Source of the DNA: an uncultured Archaeoglobaceae archaeon
GTDB taxonomy: Archaea; Halobacteriota; Archaeoglobi; Archaeoglobales; Archaeoglobaceae
Length of the DNA stretch: 42,106 nt
Assembly (NCBI GenBank): GCA_938048785.1
Contig: CALIUJ010000109.1
Location: 1 to 42,106 of the forward strand
Direction of reading: 5' to 3'
The notes beneath the pieces are model-generated. The model saw nothing but the letters and a program-made list of their open reading frames with translations. It was not told the origin of the DNA and did not search any database. Numbering within the stretch: position 1 is the first letter of the stretch; each line of letters starts with the position of its first letter. Made by a program: the position numbers and the translations under genes. This document shows positions 31,693-41,789 of the stretch, piece by piece.

Positions 31693-32499
31693 CTAAGCTT
31701 CAGCTTTTCTCAAGCTGATCGCAGTTGCACTTAGAATTAGAAATGCACCAACCATTTGCTTTAAGCTTAGGACTTCTCCGAAGTAAAGGTAACCAATGAC
31801 AACTGCGAACATAGGTTCAATGAGTGCGATCAGCGGAGCCTTCTGCAACTTCACCAGTTTCATCCCGTATGCGAAGAGCATGAAGGGAATTGCGGTTGGA
31901 ATTAGCCCAAGTCCCAAAGCCCATGGAATCGAGAAGGGCTCGTTTTGGATGAGAAACCAAGGGAATAGGATTATAGAGCCAAAGAAAACGTTGAAAAAGG
32001 CGATTTGAAAAGCGCTGTGAAATTCTCTTGCTTTCTTCGAAAACTTGAAAACGAAAGCATACGTAATTCCCGAAAAGATGCCAAAGACTATTCCGAGGTT
32101 TAAATCTACGTATGCGGAGAGCATTAAGTAAAGTCCAACCAAACCTATGGGCAGTGCTAAGATCGTAGATCTCTCGATTCTTTCTCCACTAAGGTAAGCG
32201 AGTAGCGTTACGTAAATCGGAGCCATGTAAAGAAGAAGTGCTGAAACTCCTGCTTCAATGTTCTGAATCGCAGAAATGTAGGAAAATATCGTCGCGAGGT
32301 TTAGAAAGGCTAAGAGCAGAAGCGTTTTACTGAAGGCAAACTTCTCCCTCGTCACCAAACCAAAAATCGAAAGAAATAAAGTTGCAAAGAAAAGGCGAAG
32401 AAATGTAACGATTAAAGCATCGCTTGCAGTGTTTCTCACGAAGATCGATACCGTGCTCATCAGGATTGCGGAGCATAGGATCGCGAGTTCGCCACGCAT
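31693..32499 (-). CDS. EamA/DMT family transporter
   Basis: About 10 TM helices in two repeats; LLLYMAP, IEP, GEVLS motifs. Confidence 0.9.
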   Translation of the reverse strand: MRGELAILCSAILMSTVSIFVRNTASDALIVTFLRLFFATLFLSIFGLVTREKFAFSKTLLLLAFLNLATIFSYISAIQNIEAGVSALLLYMAPIYVTLLAYLSGERIERSTILALPIGLVGLYLMLSAYVDLNLGIVFGIFSGITYAFVFKFSKKAREFHSAFQIAFFNVFFGSIILFPWFLIQNEPFSIPWALGLGLIPTAIPFMLFAYGMKLVKLQKAPLIALIEPMFAVVIGYLYFGEVLSLKQMVGAFLILSATAISLRKAEA

Positions 32500-33791
32500 T
32501 ACGTGTCTGGTAACTTTCCGCTTAAAAACTCTTCGTAGGCTTTCAGATCGAAGTATCCATGTCCGCTCAGGTTGAAAACTATTACACGCTCCTCGTTCCT
32601 ATTCTTAGCTTCAAGTGCTTTGTCTATCACAACCTTTATCGCATGTGCACTTTCTGGCGCTGGAAGAATCCCCTCGGTCCTTGCGAATAGAACTCCCGCT
32701 TCGAAGACTTCGCGCTGAGAAACTGCAATTGGTTTTATTACTCCATGCTTTACGAGCAGGCAAAGCGAAGGCGCGTCGCCATGGTAACGAAGACCACCTG
32801 CGTGGATTGGCGGAGGAATGAAATCATGACCAAGTGTGTACATGAGCAATAAAGGCGTAAGCCCCGCGGTGTCGCCGTAGTCGTATCGGTATTCTCCAGC
32901 GGTGAGCGTTGGACAAGCCTTTGGTTCTACTGCGATTAATTCGACTTCTCCTTTCATCGCATCCTTTACGAATGGGTAACAAAAGCCTGCGAAGTTGCTC
33001 CCACCACCAACGCACCCTATCATCATGTCTGGTTTCTCGTCCAAAAGTGTCAACTGCTTCTTAACCTCAAGACCTATGATCGTTTGATGTAAGAGCACGT
33101 GGTTCAAGACACTTCCAAGGCTATACTTCGCGTTCTCGCTTTTGACAGCGGTCTCAACAGCTTCGCTTATTGCTATTCCAAGACTTCCTGGGCAATTTGG
33201 ATCATCCTCAAGAATTCTTCGTCCACTTTCAGTCAGATTGCTCGGCGACGGAATCACTTCAGCGTTCCAGGTCTCCATTAGAATCCTTCGGTAAGGCTTT
33301 TGCTCGTAGCTCGATCTTACCATGAAAATCCTGCAACTCAATCCGAAGAGGTTCGTGGCAAAAGCAAGCGCAGATCCCCATTGTCCTGCGCCAGTCTCAG
33401 TTGTGAGCATTTCAACACCTTCCTTCATGTTGAAGTAAGCCTGCGCTATTGCGGTGTTGGGCTTGTGGCTTCCCGGTGGACTTACACCTTCGTATTTGTA
33501 GAAGATCTTTGCAGGCGTTTTCAGAGCTTTTTCAAGTCTCGTAGCCCTGATAAAAGGTGTTGGACGGTAGATGCGATAGATTTCAAGGACCTCTTCAGGA
33601 ATTCTTATCCACCTATCCTCGCTCATTTCTTGCGCAATCAAAGCCTTTGGAAACACAGCTCTTAGATCTTCTGGCTTTATTGGCTCCATGGTTCTTGGAT
33701 TAAGCGGTGGAGCGAGCTTCTCTGGCAAATCGGGAACGATGTTGTACCATCTCTTTGGCAAATACTCCGCATCGAGAACGAACTTGTTCAT
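32499..33791 (-). CDS. trpB2: TrpB2 (stand-alone tryptophan synthase beta-like PLP enzyme)
   Basis: [44 protein letters not shown]. Confidence 0.95.
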   Translation of the reverse strand: MNKFVLDAEYLPKRWYNIVPDLPEKLAPPLNPRTMEPIKPEDLRAVFPKALIAQEMSEDRWIRIPEEVLEIYRIYRPTPFIRATRLEKALKTPAKIFYKYEGVSPPGSHKPNTAIAQAYFNMKEGVEMLTTETGAGQWGSALAFATNLFGLSCRIFMVRSSYEQKPYRRILMETWNAEVIPSPSNLTESGRRILEDDPNCPGSLGIAISEAVETAVKSENAKYSLGSVLNHVLLHQTIIGLEVKKQLTLLDEKPDMMIGCVGGGSNFAGFCYPFVKDAMKGEVELIAVEPKACPTLTAGEYRYDYGDTAGLTPLLLMYTLGHDFIPPPIHAGGLRYHGDAPSLCLLVKHGVIKPIAVSQREVFEAGVLFARTEGILPAPESAHAIKVVIDKALEAKNRNEERVIVFNLSGHGYFDLKAYEEFLSGKLPDT

Positions 33792-33796
33792 GCTTT

Positions 33797-33812
33797 ATAG
33801 GAATTTTCCTAT
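33797..33812. promoter_or_regulatory. Operator-like palindrome ATAGGAA-TT-TTCCTAT in the trpB2 promoter
   Basis: Lies between the minus-strand TATA (33813-33820) and the trpB2 start at 33791. Confidence 0.5.
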
Positions 33813-33899
33813 TATATAAGCTTTTTCTTTTTTAAAACGCTCAGGTTTCTGAGATAAAAACCGCGCAAATTTTTTATTTCATCAAAGATAATTCGTTTC

Positions 33900-34403
33900 A
33901 TGAGGGCGATGAGTAGACAATTTCTAGAAAACGCATTCGCTGGTGAGAGCCAAGCGCACATGAGGTATTTGATCTTTGCAGAAATTGCAGAAAAAGAAGG
34001 GAAGCCAAAGATTGCAAAGCTTTTCAGAGCAATTGCCTTTGCTGAGTTCGTTCATGCAAAAAACCACTACGGGGCACTTGGAGGGATTGGGAACACTGTG
34101 GAGAACTTACAGAAGGCGATCGATGGAGAGAAATACGAAGTCGAGGAAATGTATCCAGTTTACAATGCGACCGCAAAGATGCAAAACGAAAGAGAAGCAG
34201 AGAAAACAACTTACTATGCTCTATCTGCAGAGAAGATTCACGCAGAGCTTTACAGCGAAGCGAAAAAACTCGCAGAAATTGGAAAGGATTTGGATATAGA
34301 AAGTATCTACATCTGTCCAGTTTGCGGTCATACCGCGTTAAACGAAGCACCCGATTATTGCCCAGTTTGCGGGACGAAGAAGGAGTCGTATGTGAAGTTT
34401 TAG
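33900..34403 (+). CDS. rbr: Rubrerythrin
   Basis: AFAGESQA, EFVHA, EKYE, EKIH diiron motifs; C-terminal CPVC...CPVC. Confidence 0.95.
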   Translation: MRAMSRQFLENAFAGESQAHMRYLIFAEIAEKEGKPKIAKLFRAIAFAEFVHAKNHYGALGGIGNTVENLQKAIDGEKYEVEEMYPVYNATAKMQNEREAEKTTYYALSAEKIHAELYSEAKKLAEIGKDLDIESIYICPVCGHTALNEAPDYCPVCGTKKESYVKF

Positions 34404-34413
34404 GGGGGATGGT

Positions 34414-34788
34414 ATGAAGAAGTTTTCCGAGTTGTTGTATAGCTACGAGGTCGAGGACAAGCTTGCGATCTCAAAGCGAGAGACCCATACGCCGAAGATC
34501 GAAGCACCTAAGGAGGTAAAGGCAGGGGAAGTTTTTCCGGTTCGCATATACATCGAAGGGCATCCAAACACGGTTCAACATTCTTTCAGATGGATCGAGC
34601 TTTACTTCTACGAAGAGGGAAGGGATTTTAATCCGATCTTCGTTGCAAGGGCTGAGCTAACCCCAGAGATCTCGGAACAAGAGGCGACCTTCAAAGTGAA
34701 GTTGAACAAAAGTGGCGTTATCTACGCAGTCGCTTATTGTAACCTTCACGGCGTCTGGGAAAATAGGCAAGAGATCAAAGTGGGCTAA
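34414..34788 (+). CDS. Superoxide reductase-like protein (neelaredoxin/class II SORL domain)
   Basis: ETHTP, HPNTVQHSFRWI, YCNLHGVW Fe ligands; downstream of rubrerythrin. Confidence 0.88.
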   Translation: MKKFSELLYSYEVEDKLAISKRETHTPKIEAPKEVKAGEVFPVRIYIEGHPNTVQHSFRWIELYFYEEGRDFNPIFVARAELTPEISEQEATFKVKLNKSGVIYAVAYCNLHGVWENRQEIKVG

Positions 34789-34836
34789 TCTTTAACAGCA
34801 TTCGCAAAAATTAAATTTGCACATCACACTTTTTTT

Positions 34837-36405
34837 GTGGAAAAACTAACTCAGCTCGTTGAAAAAGGCGAAGGAGAAAACGTTGAGTTTAAGGAGTTTC
34901 TTAACTCATACCATCTTAGGGGGGATAGATTTAGACAATTGGCTTGTCAGATGAACCATCGCATCATAATGGGTAAGGGGAAGGCTTACTACGTGATTGG
35001 AGTCTCAGATTCTGGAGCTGTCAAGGGATTGGATGAGAAAGCGTTTAAAGAGACCGTAGAAATCCTGTCTAAAATCGCCAAGGAGATCGAAGCCGAGATC
35101 GTGAATGTTGAAAAATACAAGGTGAACGGTGGATACGTTGGAATCGTCGAGATATCGAAGGCAAACGCGAAGGAGCACATCTTAATTGGCACCGCTGGAC
35201 ACGTAGATCATGGGAAGTCTACGCTCGTGGGGTGTCTAATTACTGGAATGCCCGACGATGGAGACGGGGCGACGAGGATCTTCTTGGATGTTTTGAAGCA
35301 CGAGATCGAACGTGGATTGAGTGCTGAGCTCAGCTTCGCAGTTCTTGGGTTTAGGGAGGGCAAGATTCTGCGTTTGAAGAATCCGATGAGCAAAGAAGAG
35401 AAGGCGAGGATCGTGGAGAATTCTGAAAAGCTCGTGAGTTTCGTTGACACAGTGGGACACGAACCTTGGCTTAGAACTACGATACGCGGTTTACTTGGGC
35501 AAAAAATAGACTACGGGCTTCTCGTTGTTGCATCGAACGATGGAGTGATGAGAACTACGAAAGAACATCTGGGAATTCTGCTTGCAATGGAGCTCCCAGT
35601 GATAGTTGCAATAACGAAGATAGACATGGTAAACGAGGAAAGAGTCCAAGAAGTGATTCAACAAGTTTCGAATCTGCTTAGAACAGTGGGAAGAATACCG
35701 ATTCTCGTGAGAGATACGTCGGAGGTAACAAAGGTGACAAAACTCCTTACGGAGAACAGATTTGTCGTTCCGATTGTTAAAACTTCAGCTCTAACGCTTG
35801 AGGGCTACGAAATTCTTGAGGAACTCTTCTACAGATTGCCGAAGAGATACAGCGGTGAGAAAGAGTTTTTGATGTATATCGACAAGGTCTACAAGGTCAC
35901 GGGAGTTGGAGTTGTGGTCAGCGGAAGCGTAAAATCTGGGGAGCTTCGTGAAGGAGAAGATGTTTACGTGGGTCCTTTTAACGATGGATCCTTCAAGGTT
36001 GCGAAGGTTATGAGCATCGAGATGCATCACTACAGGATAAGCAAAACGAAGTGTGGCGACATCGTTGGCATAGCTTTGAAAGGTGTTAGGTTTGAAGATC
36101 TCAGAAGGGGAATGGTTCTGAGCAAAACTCTGCCCAAAGCTGTTCGAGAATTCGAAGCGGAGATATTCGTTTTTACACATCCAACAATGATAAAACCTGG
36201 CTACGAACCAGTTCTGCACGTAGAAACAATAGCCGAGACCGTGACGTTTAAGGAAATCAGAAAAGGTTATCTGAAAGCTGGAGATCGTGATAGGGTTAGG
36301 ATAAGGTTCAAGTATCATCCCCAGTGCATTTTTGAGGGACAGAAGTTCATTTTCCGTGAGAGTAGGAGCAAGGGCATGGGAGAGGTTATGCGGATAAGTG
36401 AATAG
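34837..36405 (+). CDS. GTPBP1-like translational GTPase with N-terminal AlbA_2-like domain
   Basis: GHVDHGKST, DTVGHEPWLRTT, TKID, EF-Tu domains II/III; N-terminal ENVEFKE, IGVSDSG. Confidence 0.9.
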   Translation: MEKLTQLVEKGEGENVEFKEFLNSYHLRGDRFRQLACQMNHRIIMGKGKAYYVIGVSDSGAVKGLDEKAFKETVEILSKIAKEIEAEIVNVEKYKVNGGYVGIVEISKANAKEHILIGTAGHVDHGKSTLVGCLITGMPDDGDGATRIFLDVLKHEIERGLSAELSFAVLGFREGKILRLKNPMSKEEKARIVENSEKLVSFVDTVGHEPWLRTTIRGLLGQKIDYGLLVVASNDGVMRTTKEHLGILLAMELPVIVAITKIDMVNEERVQEVIQQVSNLLRTVGRIPILVRDTSEVTKVTKLLTENRFVVPIVKTSALTLEGYEILEELFYRLPKRYSGEKEFLMYIDKVYKVTGVGVVVSGSVKSGELREGEDVYVGPFNDGSFKVAKVMSIEMHHYRISKTKCGDIVGIALKGVRFEDLRRGMVLSKTLPKAVREFEAEIFVFTHPTMIKPGYEPVLHVETIAETVTFKEIRKGYLKAGDRDRVRIRFKYHPQCIFEGQKFIFRESRSKGMGEVMRISE

Positions 36406-36440
36406 AGATATGTTTTTATAATTAAAGGCTTCCTTTCCTC

Positions 36441-36857
36441 ATGGAAGAAGGTATAACGAGGATCGGTGTTAGCTTGCCCAAGAATCTCTTGGACGAGTTC
36501 GATGCGATAATAAAAGTTCGTGGCTACTCTTCGAGGAGCGAAGCGATAAGGGATGCAATTAGAGGTTACATAGCGGAATACAAATGGCTTGAAAGCGAGA
36601 AAGGGGAAGTGGTTGGCGTATTGACAGTTCTCTACGATCACACAGTCCGTGGCGTGAGCGATGCGTTGATCTCGATCCAGCACGCGTTCTCGCACGTGAT
36701 AACTTCAGACATGCATCTGCATTTGAGCGACGAGCAGTGTCTTGAGATCATCGTTGTGAAGGGCAACATGGAAGAGATAAAGAAGTTGGTCGACAAGGTT
36801 GCGGCAATTCGCGGAGTTTTGAGCCACAAAATGATAACAGCGCAAAAGAAGGCTTAG
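36441..36857 (+). CDS. nikR: Nickel-responsive regulator NikR
   Basis: RIGVSLP...[11 protein letters not shown] ribbon-helix-helix; MHLHL...CLE Ni site. Confidence 0.95.
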   Translation: MEEGITRIGVSLPKNLLDEFDAIIKVRGYSSRSEAIRDAIRGYIAEYKWLESEKGEVVGVLTVLYDHTVRGVSDALISIQHAFSHVITSDMHLHLSDEQCLEIIVVKGNMEEIKKLVDKVAAIRGVLSHKMITAQKKA

Positions 36858-37843
36858 TAAACGAGCGCATCAACTACAACGTGCGCAACTTTTGGGGCGT
36901 AATTTTTTACCCTTCTGAAGTTCAAAATCTTGCATTTTTTTCCCATTTCCCTGCACGCTTTCTCTACCCTTATCCTTGGTCGCCACAATACCTTGGTTGG
37001 AACCGCTTCGTGGTAGTGTATGATCCCAGATCTATCGAGGGCTTTTATAGCAATGGGTAGAAAATCGTTGCAAAAGATGTGACCCATCACAACGCGATCC
37101 GCAACCCCTTCGGGCGTTACGAACATCGAGTCGCCGAGTATCGGAATTAATTTCACGTTGTTCATCTTTGCGTTTTCAAGCAAGTATCGGTATGAGTCGT
37201 AGTTTATCTCAATCGAGTAAACTTTCTCAGCTCTTTTTGCAATTGGAATGGAGAAGTAACCAATACCAGCGAACATGTCGACGATTGTTTCGTCTTCACA
37301 TTCCATTGCAACTCTGTGCCTTTCGTATTGATTTCCAAGGCTGAACATAACCTTCGTGATGTCGAGCTTGAAGTAGCAACCGTTCTCAACGTGTATCGTT
37401 TCACTCCCTTTTCCCGCGAGAAGCTCGAGTTTGGGCTTTCTCATCATTCCCTCTTTCGAAATTTCCCTCCAAACAGCCCTTAGCCTTGGGTTCGATTCCA
37501 AAATTGCTTCCCCTATTTTCTCCTTGAACTCCACGATCTCTTCGCTGAGCTTTACTATTGCAAGATCGCCGATGACCTTGTAGCTTTTTGGCAAAAACTT
37601 CTGTTTATCCTTCGGAACAATTTGAGATAGTATATCCAAGAAATCCCTCCTTGGATTCAACAAGACTTCTCTTTGCTCAACTATTTCATAGCCTTTAAAG
37701 AATTCCTCGTAACCATCGAGTATTGGAATCTCAACGAATTCCCCAAAGCTTTTTATAAGCCTTCTTTTGTCCTTTGCCCCAATTTTTTCCGCAATTATTC
37801 TCAGCTCTTCAGCCCTCTCCTTCTTGACACGAACTGCCTTCAT
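36854..37843 (-). CDS. Trm5/Taw2-family SAM-dependent tRNA modification transferase (Taw2-like)
   Basis: [35 protein letters not shown]. Confidence 0.85.
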   Translation of the reverse strand: MKAVRVKKERAEELRIIAEKIGAKDKRRLIKSFGEFVEIPILDGYEEFFKGYEIVEQREVLLNPRRDFLDILSQIVPKDKQKFLPKSYKVIGDLAIVKLSEEIVEFKEKIGEAILESNPRLRAVWREISKEGMMRKPKLELLAGKGSETIHVENGCYFKLDITKVMFSLGNQYERHRVAMECEDETIVDMFAGIGYFSIPIAKRAEKVYSIEINYDSYRYLLENAKMNNVKLIPILGDSMFVTPEGVADRVVMGHIFCNDFLPIAIKALDRSGIIHYHEAVPTKVLWRPRIRVEKACREMGKKCKILNFRRVKNYAPKVAHVVVDALVY

Positions 37844-38802
37844 AGGTCCTTAGGGAAGGCGAAGGTTCTTTGCTCGAAGTTGAATATGAAGACCTCTTTT
37901 CCAATCTCAGCCCCAAATGGGCGAGGAACGTGGAAAATCCTACCTTCGGAGTCCATTACTTCTGCTATGCTCTCGTCTAAGTTTGTTATGACTCCCCATC
38001 CCATTTCCTCCTTTTTTGCGATCAGAGTAGCTCCAGAGACGTTCATCGCTTTTCCTGTGATGATTTCGATCCCCTTCTGAATTTTTGAATTCTTAACGAC
38101 GCAGATCTTGCCATCTTTCAAAACCACATCGTAGTTTTCAGCTTCTGAAAGTCTTATAAGGAATGTAAACCTGTAGACGTCTCTTCCATCTATCCTCGTG
38201 TGCAATTTTTTACTCCTAAAAACGCTTCCCCCTATCTCGTCTGCAATCGCTTTTGACACCTTTTCTCCAATTTTTCTACTCCCAAAGTAAAAATCGATAC
38301 CAGAATTCGTCTCCTCGAATCTTAGGAGAAAATCTTTCTCTCCATCGCTCTCACCTAAGATTTTCTCTACGATTTTCATAGCGCTCTCAACTTCTTCATT
38401 CCTTAGACTGCGTTTTTGCGCTCTTATCTGCACAATCGCTTCGTAATACCCACCGCTTTCTTTAGAGCATCGGGGACAAGTTATCGTTCGAATTCGCAAG
38501 TTCAAAGGGATTTTAACGCTTACACGATCGCCGTAAATACTTCCCGTCACAACTACGGAATTCTTGAGAACTTCAAAAGATTCAACATTAAAATCCGGGA
38601 ATACAACGAGGTTCTCGAAAACACCTTTTTCTATTGCACTCACATCATCGATTTTCGTCCACCCTTTACCAAACCTAAAGCTTCCACACCTTCCACACCT
38701 TTCGATCTCGATACTTGGAAGATAAGCCAAGGTATTTCGCTCCGCAAAACAGCTTCCGCAGATCTTGAAATCGCCTTCTTTCCCGCAAACTATGCATCTC
38801 AC
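37840..38802 (-). CDS. nmd3: NMD3-family ribosome biogenesis protein
   Basis: Four CxxC pairs; GYYEAIVQIR; GIDFYFGS. Confidence 0.9.
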   Translation of the reverse strand: MRCIVCGKEGDFKICGSCFAERNTLAYLPSIEIERCGRCGSFRFGKGWTKIDDVSAIEKGVFENLVVFPDFNVESFEVLKNSVVVTGSIYGDRVSVKIPLNLRIRTITCPRCSKESGGYYEAIVQIRAQKRSLRNEEVESAMKIVEKILGESDGEKDFLLRFEETNSGIDFYFGSRKIGEKVSKAIADEIGGSVFRSKKLHTRIDGRDVYRFTFLIRLSEAENYDVVLKDGKICVVKNSKIQKGIEIITGKAMNVSGATLIAKKEEMGWGVITNLDESIAEVMDSEGRIFHVPRPFGAEIGKEVFIFNFEQRTFAFPKDL

Positions 38803-38839
38803 GTAGAGTTTATGTTGATGCTGTTAATAAAAATGCTTT

Positions 38840-38879
38840 GCATCTTTGTCTCGCCTTAATTGACGCATCTTTGTCGCGC
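38840..38879. repeat. Direct repeat GCATCTTTGTC(T/G)CGC x2, 25-nt period
   Basis: 38840-38854 and 38865-38879, 14/15 identical. Confidence 0.8.
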
Positions 38880-38904
38880 TCTAAAATTTATAATTTAGAA
38901 AAAA

Positions 38905-39201
38905 TTATTTTAAAACTCGCAAAACGCTTGAAGCGATTGCAAGCACAACTGTAAGTGCGAGGCTTAGATAGGTTAGAGGTAGACCGATGAACTTGTTGAA
39001 AAATCCAAGGGTCGCAGAGTAAGCGATGAAAAAAGCCCAGAAAGCAAAAGCATATAGCGATGAGAAAAGTAGGGCTGATCTGTAGCTCTTAGCAAAAAAT
39101 CCGATCAGAGCACCGGTTAACGCAATTCCTATCCAGTGGAAGAGAGATATCGCGATTGCGAAGACAATTGCCAAGACCTTAACCAAATACAATTCTCTCA
39201 C
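38905..39201 (-). CDS. Small hypothetical membrane protein
   Basis: Three to four hydrophobic segments; overlaps the end of the acylase gene. Confidence 0.72.
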   Translation of the reverse strand: MRELYLVKVLAIVFAIAISLFHWIGIALTGALIGFFAKSYRSALLFSSLYAFAFWAFFIAYSATLGFFNKFIGLPLTYLSLALTVVLAIASSVLRVLK

Positions 39202-41467
39202 CTCTCACACTAAAATCGCAGACCTTGTATTTTCCTTCAGCCCAAAGGATTAGTTGATCATCGTAGTTCTTCGAGAAGAAGTTCCCCGAATTCCCACCGG
39301 GAATAACGCAGTAATCCTTCTCGAAAGTTACGATCATCCTCCAACTGCTCCCCGCTTGATAGCCATCGCTGGTGCGACGGAAGTTGAAGACTGTGAACTC
39401 ATCACCATCCATAGGCTTCGATGGATAGTCGAAGTAGTTCAGAACTTTGGTGAACGGGTGCTTTAAAGCAAGTCTGTTGAGATCCCCGTATACTTTGTAG
39501 TTCTTCTTTTCTATCTCTTGAATCGCAAGATTTAGCGCCCTTAAAGCGATATCGCTCCTCGTTTCCACGACTTCAGTTCTCTTATCGTCGAACCATTCAC
39601 TGTTCGCCGGTAGATTTTGTAACACGTAAAGCCTTGGAAGGTAGCTCTTATCAAGACCTACTGCGAAAAACTCGTCAAAGGTTTCGTTTACGAACTTCTC
39701 AAGCCAGACTGCGAAGATCAACGCCCCCTTTGAATCCTTTTCCATTCTGTAATCCCAATTCTTTAGATTTTCTGCATAAGCCCTTAGCTTCTCATCCATA
39801 TTTGGATAAGCTTCGAGTATGAACGGGACAAAGTATTCTGCAACTTTCGACTTCGTATCCCTCTGTAGGTTCATGAAATCCTCTGCTGTGATCTTCTTTT
39901 TCGCAGCGAGCTCTTCAAGGACTTCGTTGATCCTCATTCCTCTATAAGGATCCGCAAAATACATCGCATCGCCCAAGTAATGCTTTTTGTAACCAATTTC
40001 TTGATTTGCGGTCGCTATGTAGTCTGGGTTTATCACGTGCGGAATTTCTTCGAATGGTATGAACCCTTCCCAAGTGGAGAAGCCAAAAGCCCTGAAACCC
40101 CTCCACTCTCCTTCACCTGCGGATCCATTGAAAATTCTGTTTCCAGGAACCTCTTTTCCATCTACAAGCCTTATCGGATATTTTCCTGCGGGATAATACA
40201 TGGTGTTCCCGTAGATGTCCGCGTAAACGACGTTTTGGGCTGGAACGGAGAAGAACTTGAGCCCTTCGATGAAATCGCTGATGTTGCGGGCGTAGTTGAA
40301 TTTGTAAATCGCCAAAGCTTCGCTCGTGTTCGTGAGACCAGTCCAAGCCACCGCAACTCTAAAGCCGTATCTTTCGATTAGGGCGCCGTGGATTGTTTTT
40401 TCAACCACCAATTCCCTTTCTTCGATACCCCTCGCAGTCTTTACCCTTACCTTCTCAACTTTTCTCTCTGGCTCTAACCACTGACCTTTGTATAGGTATT
40501 TGCTACCGTTCCAGACGTAGTAGTAGAAGTCGATCACATCCGCACCAACGTTCGTAAATCCCCAGGCTAAGAAGTCGTTTCTTCCGATGATGATCATTCC
40601 AACCCCAGGAAATGTCACCCCACGAACGTTGAATCCGTTGAGCTGGATGTGCATCTCATACCACACGGGTGGAACAGTTAAAAGCAAGTGTGGATCGTTC
40701 GCAAGCATAGGTTTTCCGGTGGTCGTGAAATTGCCCGAAATTACCCAATTGTTCGAACCGAAGCTCGAATCGCTTTCAAAACTCTTCATCCAATCGACAA
40801 ATGACTTGTTCACCCTTATTATCGTGTGTTCATGACCCAAGGACATTGGATACAACTCGAGAGCTTTTTCTCCAAGCTTTTCTAAGATAACAGCCCTTTT
40901 CAGATCCCAAAAGTTCCCAGTTAAACCCCAAGCAATCTGTTTTGCGATCAGCAGAGTATCGACTGGGGTCCACTTCTTCGGTTTGTAGTTTGCGAGCTGA
41001 AACTCCATGGGCATTTTTTCTCTTTCGATGAAGTGGTTGACACCTTCGCTGTAGGCGATTAGAAGTTCAGCAATCTCTGAATCCTTTAAACTCTCCCATG
41101 TTATCTCCGCGGATCTTGCAAAGTCCATTTTTCTGTAAAAAACGTCCGATTCGTAGAACTCTTCACCAAAAACTTCGCTAAGCTCACCACGCATCATTCT
41201 ACGATACAAATCCATCTGAAAAAGGCGATCCTTCGCTTGAACATAACCGATTGCGAACGCAAGCGCTTTTTCGTTTTCAGCGACAAAGTGAGGAACGCCA
41301 AACTCGTCGTAGAACATCTCGACTTTCCCATATGGGTTTTTAATCTCTTTCTTTTCTTCCAAAGGCCAGAGAGTTCCCGAAAAGGGTGCAAGCAACGTCA
41401 AGTAGTTGCTCGCCAGGTAGATAAGGATGGCAAACGCTAAAACAGCGACAAATCGCCTCCAACGCAT
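39179..41467 (-). CDS. Penicillin acylase family Ntn-hydrolase (peptidase S45)
   Basis: DEFGVPH, AKDRLFQMD, GSNNW nucleophile, LANDPHL, PGGNSGN; N-terminal signal/TM. Confidence 0.93.
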   Translation of the reverse strand: MRWRRFVAVLAFAILIYLASNYLTLLAPFSGTLWPLEEKKEIKNPYGKVEMFYDEFGVPHFVAENEKALAFAIGYVQAKDRLFQMDLYRRMMRGELSEVFGEEFYESDVFYRKMDFARSAEITWESLKDSEIAELLIAYSEGVNHFIEREKMPMEFQLANYKPKKWTPVDTLLIAKQIAWGLTGNFWDLKRAVILEKLGEKALELYPMSLGHEHTIIRVNKSFVDWMKSFESDSSFGSNNWVISGNFTTTGKPMLANDPHLLLTVPPVWYEMHIQLNGFNVRGVTFPGVGMIIIGRNDFLAWGFTNVGADVIDFYYYVWNGSKYLYKGQWLEPERKVEKVRVKTARGIEERELVVEKTIHGALIERYGFRVAVAWTGLTNTSEALAIYKFNYARNISDFIEGLKFFSVPAQNVVYADIYGNTMYYPAGKYPIRLVDGKEVPGNRIFNGSAGEGEWRGFRAFGFSTWEGFIPFEEIPHVINPDYIATANQEIGYKKHYLGDAMYFADPYRGMRINEVLEELAAKKKITAEDFMNLQRDTKSKVAEYFVPFILEAYPNMDEKLRAYAENLKNWDYRMEKDSKGALIFAVWLEKFVNETFDEFFAVGLDKSYLPRLYVLQNLPANSEWFDDKRTEVVETRSDIALRALNLAIQEIEKKNYKVYGDLNRLALKHPFTKVLNYFDYPSKPMDGDEFTVFNFRRTSDGYQAGSSWRMIVTFEKDYCVIPGGNSGNFFSKNYDDQLILWAEGKYKVCDFSVRGERIVFG

Positions 41468-41504
41468 GTTAAAAATATCCAGATCATTTTAAATATTTTA
41501 CGAT

Positions 41505-41712
41505 TCAAAGCCTTTGCGACCCCTTTACATCTTTTCGTCCCCCTTCATCAATTTTCTCCCTCTCTTCAATCTCTCTAAGCTCTCCCTCTGTCATTTCAAG
41601 AATAAAGGTGCCCACGTAACCGCATTTGAGACATCTGTATTTGCTTCGTGTAACTACCATCTAAAACGATCTCTTTGGACTTGCAAATCGGACAAACGAG
41701 AAATCTCTTCAT
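41505..41712 (-). pseudogene. Small Zn-ribbon protein gene with a frameshift near 41646
   Basis: MKRFLVCPICKS... in one frame, KYRCLKCGYVGTFILE... in the +1 frame; ATG-to-TGA span 208 nt (3n+1). Confidence 0.72.
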
Positions 41713-41789
41713 AAATTTAGCTAATCGCACGTCTGATAAATTTGATTGAGAACTTCGCAAAATTTTTAAGAAATCGCGAAAACGAATTT

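Noticed and set aside
38840..38879. Mini-CRISPR array
   Set aside because: Only two 15-nt units with a 10-nt gap; no cas genes.
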